58,966 bases of DNA from Bordetella parapertussis (GTDB lineage: Bacteria > Pseudomonadota > Gammaproteobacteria > Burkholderiales > Burkholderiaceae_C): the NCBI GenBank assembly GCA_945875935.1, contig CAMCNE010000001.1, positions 1-58,966 of the forward strand, given 5' to 3'. Position numbers and translations under genes: made by a program. A model generated the notes under the pieces. That model searched no databases and was not told where the DNA came from. It saw only the letters and a program-made list of their open reading frames with translations. This document shows positions 56,451 to 58,966 of this stretch, one piece after another (the stretch's first letter is position 1; each line of letters begins with the position of its first letter).

Positions 56451-57776
56451 ATGACTATTGAGACCAATGGTATGGATCGCCGCGACGTTTTGCGCGCTGG
56501 CGTGGCAGGTGCTGCTGCTGTAGCAACCGGCTTGGCTTCTACGCCTGCAATGGCGAAGGAACTGGCTGCCGGCTTCATCATCAACAAAGAAAACTACGAC
56601 AGCATCAAGGGCGACACGTTCGAGGGCAAGACCATCGCTTCGATGGTTCCCGAGAAGCTTGAGTGGATGATCAAGAACTACAACACCACCATCAAGTTGG
56701 CCAACTCGAAGAAAATCGAGATGGACAAGAAGTACATGCAAGCCACCAAGGAAGGCGCGCCCAACGTCAAGTTCAACCCGGCTGACCGCACGGTCTCGGG
56801 TTGGAAGGCAGGCATGCTCTTCTGGCCAAACGAAGTGGACCCGAAGGACCCCAACGCAGCCGACAAGCTGCTGTGGAACCTGCGCGCCGCAACGTACGGC
56901 GCCACCATGGACCTGCGCGACATCGCCTGGGCTTTCCTGGACGCCAAGACGGGCTATGAGCGCGTTCAGGCATTCCAGTCACGCCGCTACTACATGGAAG
57001 GCCGTCTGGACGGCGGTCCAGTGACGGTTGGCGACGGCACCATCTCGCAAAAGACCTACTTCGTGGCCATCTACCCGCAAGACATTCGCGGTCTGGGCCT
57101 GTTCTCGGTGCGTTACAACCAGCCTGACTCGAAGAAGCCAGATGACTCGTACGCTTACCTGAAGTCAGTTCGCCGCGTTCGTCGCCTGTCGGGCGGCGCT
57201 TGGATGGACCCAATCGGTGGTACCGACCAGCTGTATGACGACTGGGACATCTGGGACGCTGCTCCTACGAAGTACAAGTCGAACAAGCTCTTGTCACGCC
57301 GCTGGATTCTGGCCATTGCTCACAGCCCAGAAATCAGCGTTGACCTGAAGTTCCCGTTCACCGAGCCAGCCAAGCGTTTCCCACGCATCGGTATCACGAT
57401 TCCTCCTCACTTCAACCCAGCACCGGACGTGGGTTGGGAGCCACGTGAAGTGTTCGAAATCGAAGGCGTTTGCCCAGACGAGCACCCATACAGCAAGAAG
57501 ACCGTGTACATGGAATGTGATTTCCCACGTCCATACCTCGGCTTCTCGCTGGACCGCAAGGGCGAATTCTGGAAGATGTTCATTTTCCAGAACCGTCCGG
57601 ACGTTGGCGACGACGGCTACAACGCTGTGATGCCTGTGCTGGGTCACATCATCGACGTCAAGCGCGGCCACGCCACCAACTGGTCTTCGAACATGAAGTC
57701 CAATCCAAAGGGCGTCACGGAACAGATGGTTTCCCTGAACGTTCTGGAAGAAGTTGCTACCGGTACCGGTCAGTAA
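56451..57776 (+). CDS. DUF1329-family (LolA-like) periplasmic protein with a twin-arginine signal
   Basis: MDRRDVLRAGVAGAAAVATGLASTPAMA Tat-type signal. YAYLKSVRRVRRLSGGAWMDPIGGTDQLYDDWD matches the DUF1329 core signature. Confidence 0.75.
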   Translation: MTIETNGMDRRDVLRAGVAGAAAVATGLASTPAMAKELAAGFIINKENYDSIKGDTFEGKTIASMVPEKLEWMIKNYNTTIKLANSKKIEMDKKYMQATKEGAPNVKFNPADRTVSGWKAGMLFWPNEVDPKDPNAADKLLWNLRAATYGATMDLRDIAWAFLDAKTGYERVQAFQSRRYYMEGRLDGGPVTVGDGTISQKTYFVAIYPQDIRGLGLFSVRYNQPDSKKPDDSYAYLKSVRRVRRLSGGAWMDPIGGTDQLYDDWDIWDAAPTKYKSNKLLSRRWILAIAHSPEISVDLKFPFTEPAKRFPRIGITIPPHFNPAPDVGWEPREVFEIEGVCPDEHPYSKKTVYMECDFPRPYLGFSLDRKGEFWKMFIFQNRPDVGDDGYNAVMPVLGHIIDVKRGHATNWSSNMKSNPKGVTEQMVSLNVLEEVATGTGQ

Positions 57777-57823
57777 TAAGACAGGCCTGGCCTGATCTGT
57801 TGGTGCGTTGAACAGACGCACCG

Positions 57824-57865
57824 GCCCGCCACGGCTTCATGCGGTGGCGGGCTTTTTTATTTTTG
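57824..57865 (+). terminator. Rho-independent terminator after the DUF1329 gene
   Basis: gcccgccac...gtggcgggc stem followed by TTTTTTATTTTT. It is preceded by a second hairpin, ggtgcgt...acgcacc. Confidence 0.7.
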
Positions 57866-57976
57866 CGGTTCCATTGGATTTCATCGAGCTGATCGATGAC
57901 CCACTCGGACATGAGGGCCAAAACGCCCCGTGCACCGAGGCTTGAAAATCAAAACCCTCTCATTCAGGAGTTACTG

Positions 57977-58312
57977 ATGTACACGAAGAAATTCCACACT
58001 CAATCTCTCGACTGGCTGCCCAGCGGCATCGATGGAGTGACCTACAAGACCGTCGACGGCGACATGACTGCCGGCAAGTCTGTGGTGATTTATCACTTTG
58101 ACGCAGGGTCCGTGGTGCCAGCGCATTCGCATACGCACTCAGACGAACTGGCCTACGTGATCGATGGCGATTTCATCGAAGACGGTGTGACCTATCACGC
58201 TGGTTCCATGTTTGCCGCGCCAGCGGGCACGGTTCACGGAGAACACCGCACTGCCACAGGCTGCACGGTGATGTTTGTGCTGTCGGACACGCTGGATTTC
58301 GTCACGGCCTGA
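57977..58312 (+). CDS. Small cupin-domain protein (ChrR-like cupin)
   Basis: Start at MYTKKF with CAGGAG upstream. Cupin motifs PAHSHTHSDELAYVIDG...GTVHGEH. Confidence 0.6.
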   Translation: MYTKKFHTQSLDWLPSGIDGVTYKTVDGDMTAGKSVVIYHFDAGSVVPAHSHTHSDELAYVIDGDFIEDGVTYHAGSMFAAPAGTVHGEHRTATGCTVMFVLSDTLDFVTA

Positions 58313-58322
58313 GCCGGCGTTG

Positions 58323-58966
58323 ATGCGGTATCGCCGCCTTGCTAAAGCCTTTGCAGGGTTGGCGTTGCTGTCGAGTGGCTCAGCTCAATCGGCCACGGTT
58401 TTGGTGGCGGTGGCGTCGAACTTTCATGAGGCGTTTGGCGAACTGTCAAGCGATTTCACGGCGACCACCGGCCACGTGCTCAAGCACTCAACAGCGGCCA
58501 CAGGGGTGCTGCGCGCCCAGATCAGAGGCGGCGCTCCGTTTGAGGTGTTGCTGGCGGCAGATGTCGAAACGCCGCTGCAGCTGGTGGCCGATGGCCTTGC
58601 GGTTGAAAACCACGCCTTTACGTATGCGTTCGGGCGCCTCGTACTTTGGAGCGCGGATCGCCGCTTGGTCGACGATCAAGGTGCGGTGCTGACGCGGGGC
58701 GGCTTCAGCCACATCGCCATCGCCAATCCAAAGCTGGCACCTTATGGCCGCGCTGCGATGGAGGCGATGGCGTCCATGAAGTTGTCTGCGCAGTTGGCGG
58801 CCAAGCTGGTGACAGGTCAAAGCATCGCGCAGGCCTATGGCTACGTGGCCACCGGGAATGCCGAACTTGGTTTTGTGGCTTGGTCGCAAATCGCCAAACA
58901 AGGCCAGGATGTCCAGGGTTCCTACTGGATGGTGCCGCCATCGTTGTACGGAGAGATTCGGCAAGA
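58323..58966 (+). CDS. modA: Molybdate ABC transporter substrate-binding protein ModA, N-terminal ~214 aa; runs off the window
   Basis: My own translation of a frame absent from the ORF track (no stop before the window end): MRYRRLAKAFAGLALLSSGSAQS ATVLVAVASNF...FEVLLAADVETP...IAIANPKLAPYGRAAMEAM...GNAELGFVAWSQ. Confidence 0.7.
   Translation, partial: MRYRRLAKAFAGLALLSSGSAQSATVLVAVASNFHEAFGELSSDFTATTGHVLKHSTAATGVLRAQIRGGAPFEVLLAADVETPLQLVADGLAVENHAFTYAFGRLVLWSADRRLVDDQGAVLTRGGFSHIAIANPKLAPYGRAAMEAMASMKLSAQLAAKLVTGQSIAQAYGYVATGNAELGFVAWSQIAKQGQDVQGSYWMVPPSLYGEIRQ

Overview
High-G+C chromosomal segment. By eye it is about two-thirds G+C, with G/C at most third codon positions. Gene content suggests a Burkholderiales/Comamonadaceae-like betaproteobacterium; this is an inference from the Bug/TctC transporter, ybgC-tolQRA and the glyA-nrdR...ribD-ribE-ribBA-ribH-nusB block. 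I can support about 55 protein genes, one tRNA-Ser(UGA), a candidate ZTP riboswitch, two sigma-54-type promoters and several intrinsic terminators. I see no rRNA, CRISPR array, IS element or integrase. Bases 1-40,200 are mostly housekeeping: dnaE2 (3' part), a CDF exporter, two tandem secreted DUF1254/DUF1214 proteins, an FAH-family enzyme, a PanE-like reductase, tctCBA, an acyl-CoA ligase, apaH, CNNM/CorC, an MFS transporter, an RlmN/Cfr-family radical-SAM gene, ybgC-tolQRA, the riboflavin operon, nrdR, glyA, a lytic transglycosylase and ubiD. Three items in this part stand out. (1) An orphan 854-aa GspE/PilB-type ATPase has an unassigned N-terminal domain and four tandem MshEN-like motifs. 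(2) A five-gene prepilin (minor-pilin-like) operon sits exactly between nrdR and ribD. It lacks PilY1, but its enlarged PilV-like protein carries an EF-hand-type loop. (3) Two antitoxin genes, BrnA-like and HigA, have no toxin partner. The right third (about 40.2-58.3 kb, between ubiD and modA) is visibly lower in G+C. It encodes an acyl-CoA ligase, a thiolase, an AcoR/AcxR-type sigma-54 activator, an AbiV-like HEPN ORF, a GST and acxABC (acetone-carboxylase type) behind a near-consensus -24/-12 promoter. Directly after acxABC comes a self-contained four-gene envelope module: an Asp-box propeller, an RND/MMPL transporter, DUF1302 and a Tat-signal DUF1329. I know of no established function for this set, and I consider it the best candidate for an undescribed system here. 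All family calls come from reading the translated ORFs and have not been checked against any database.
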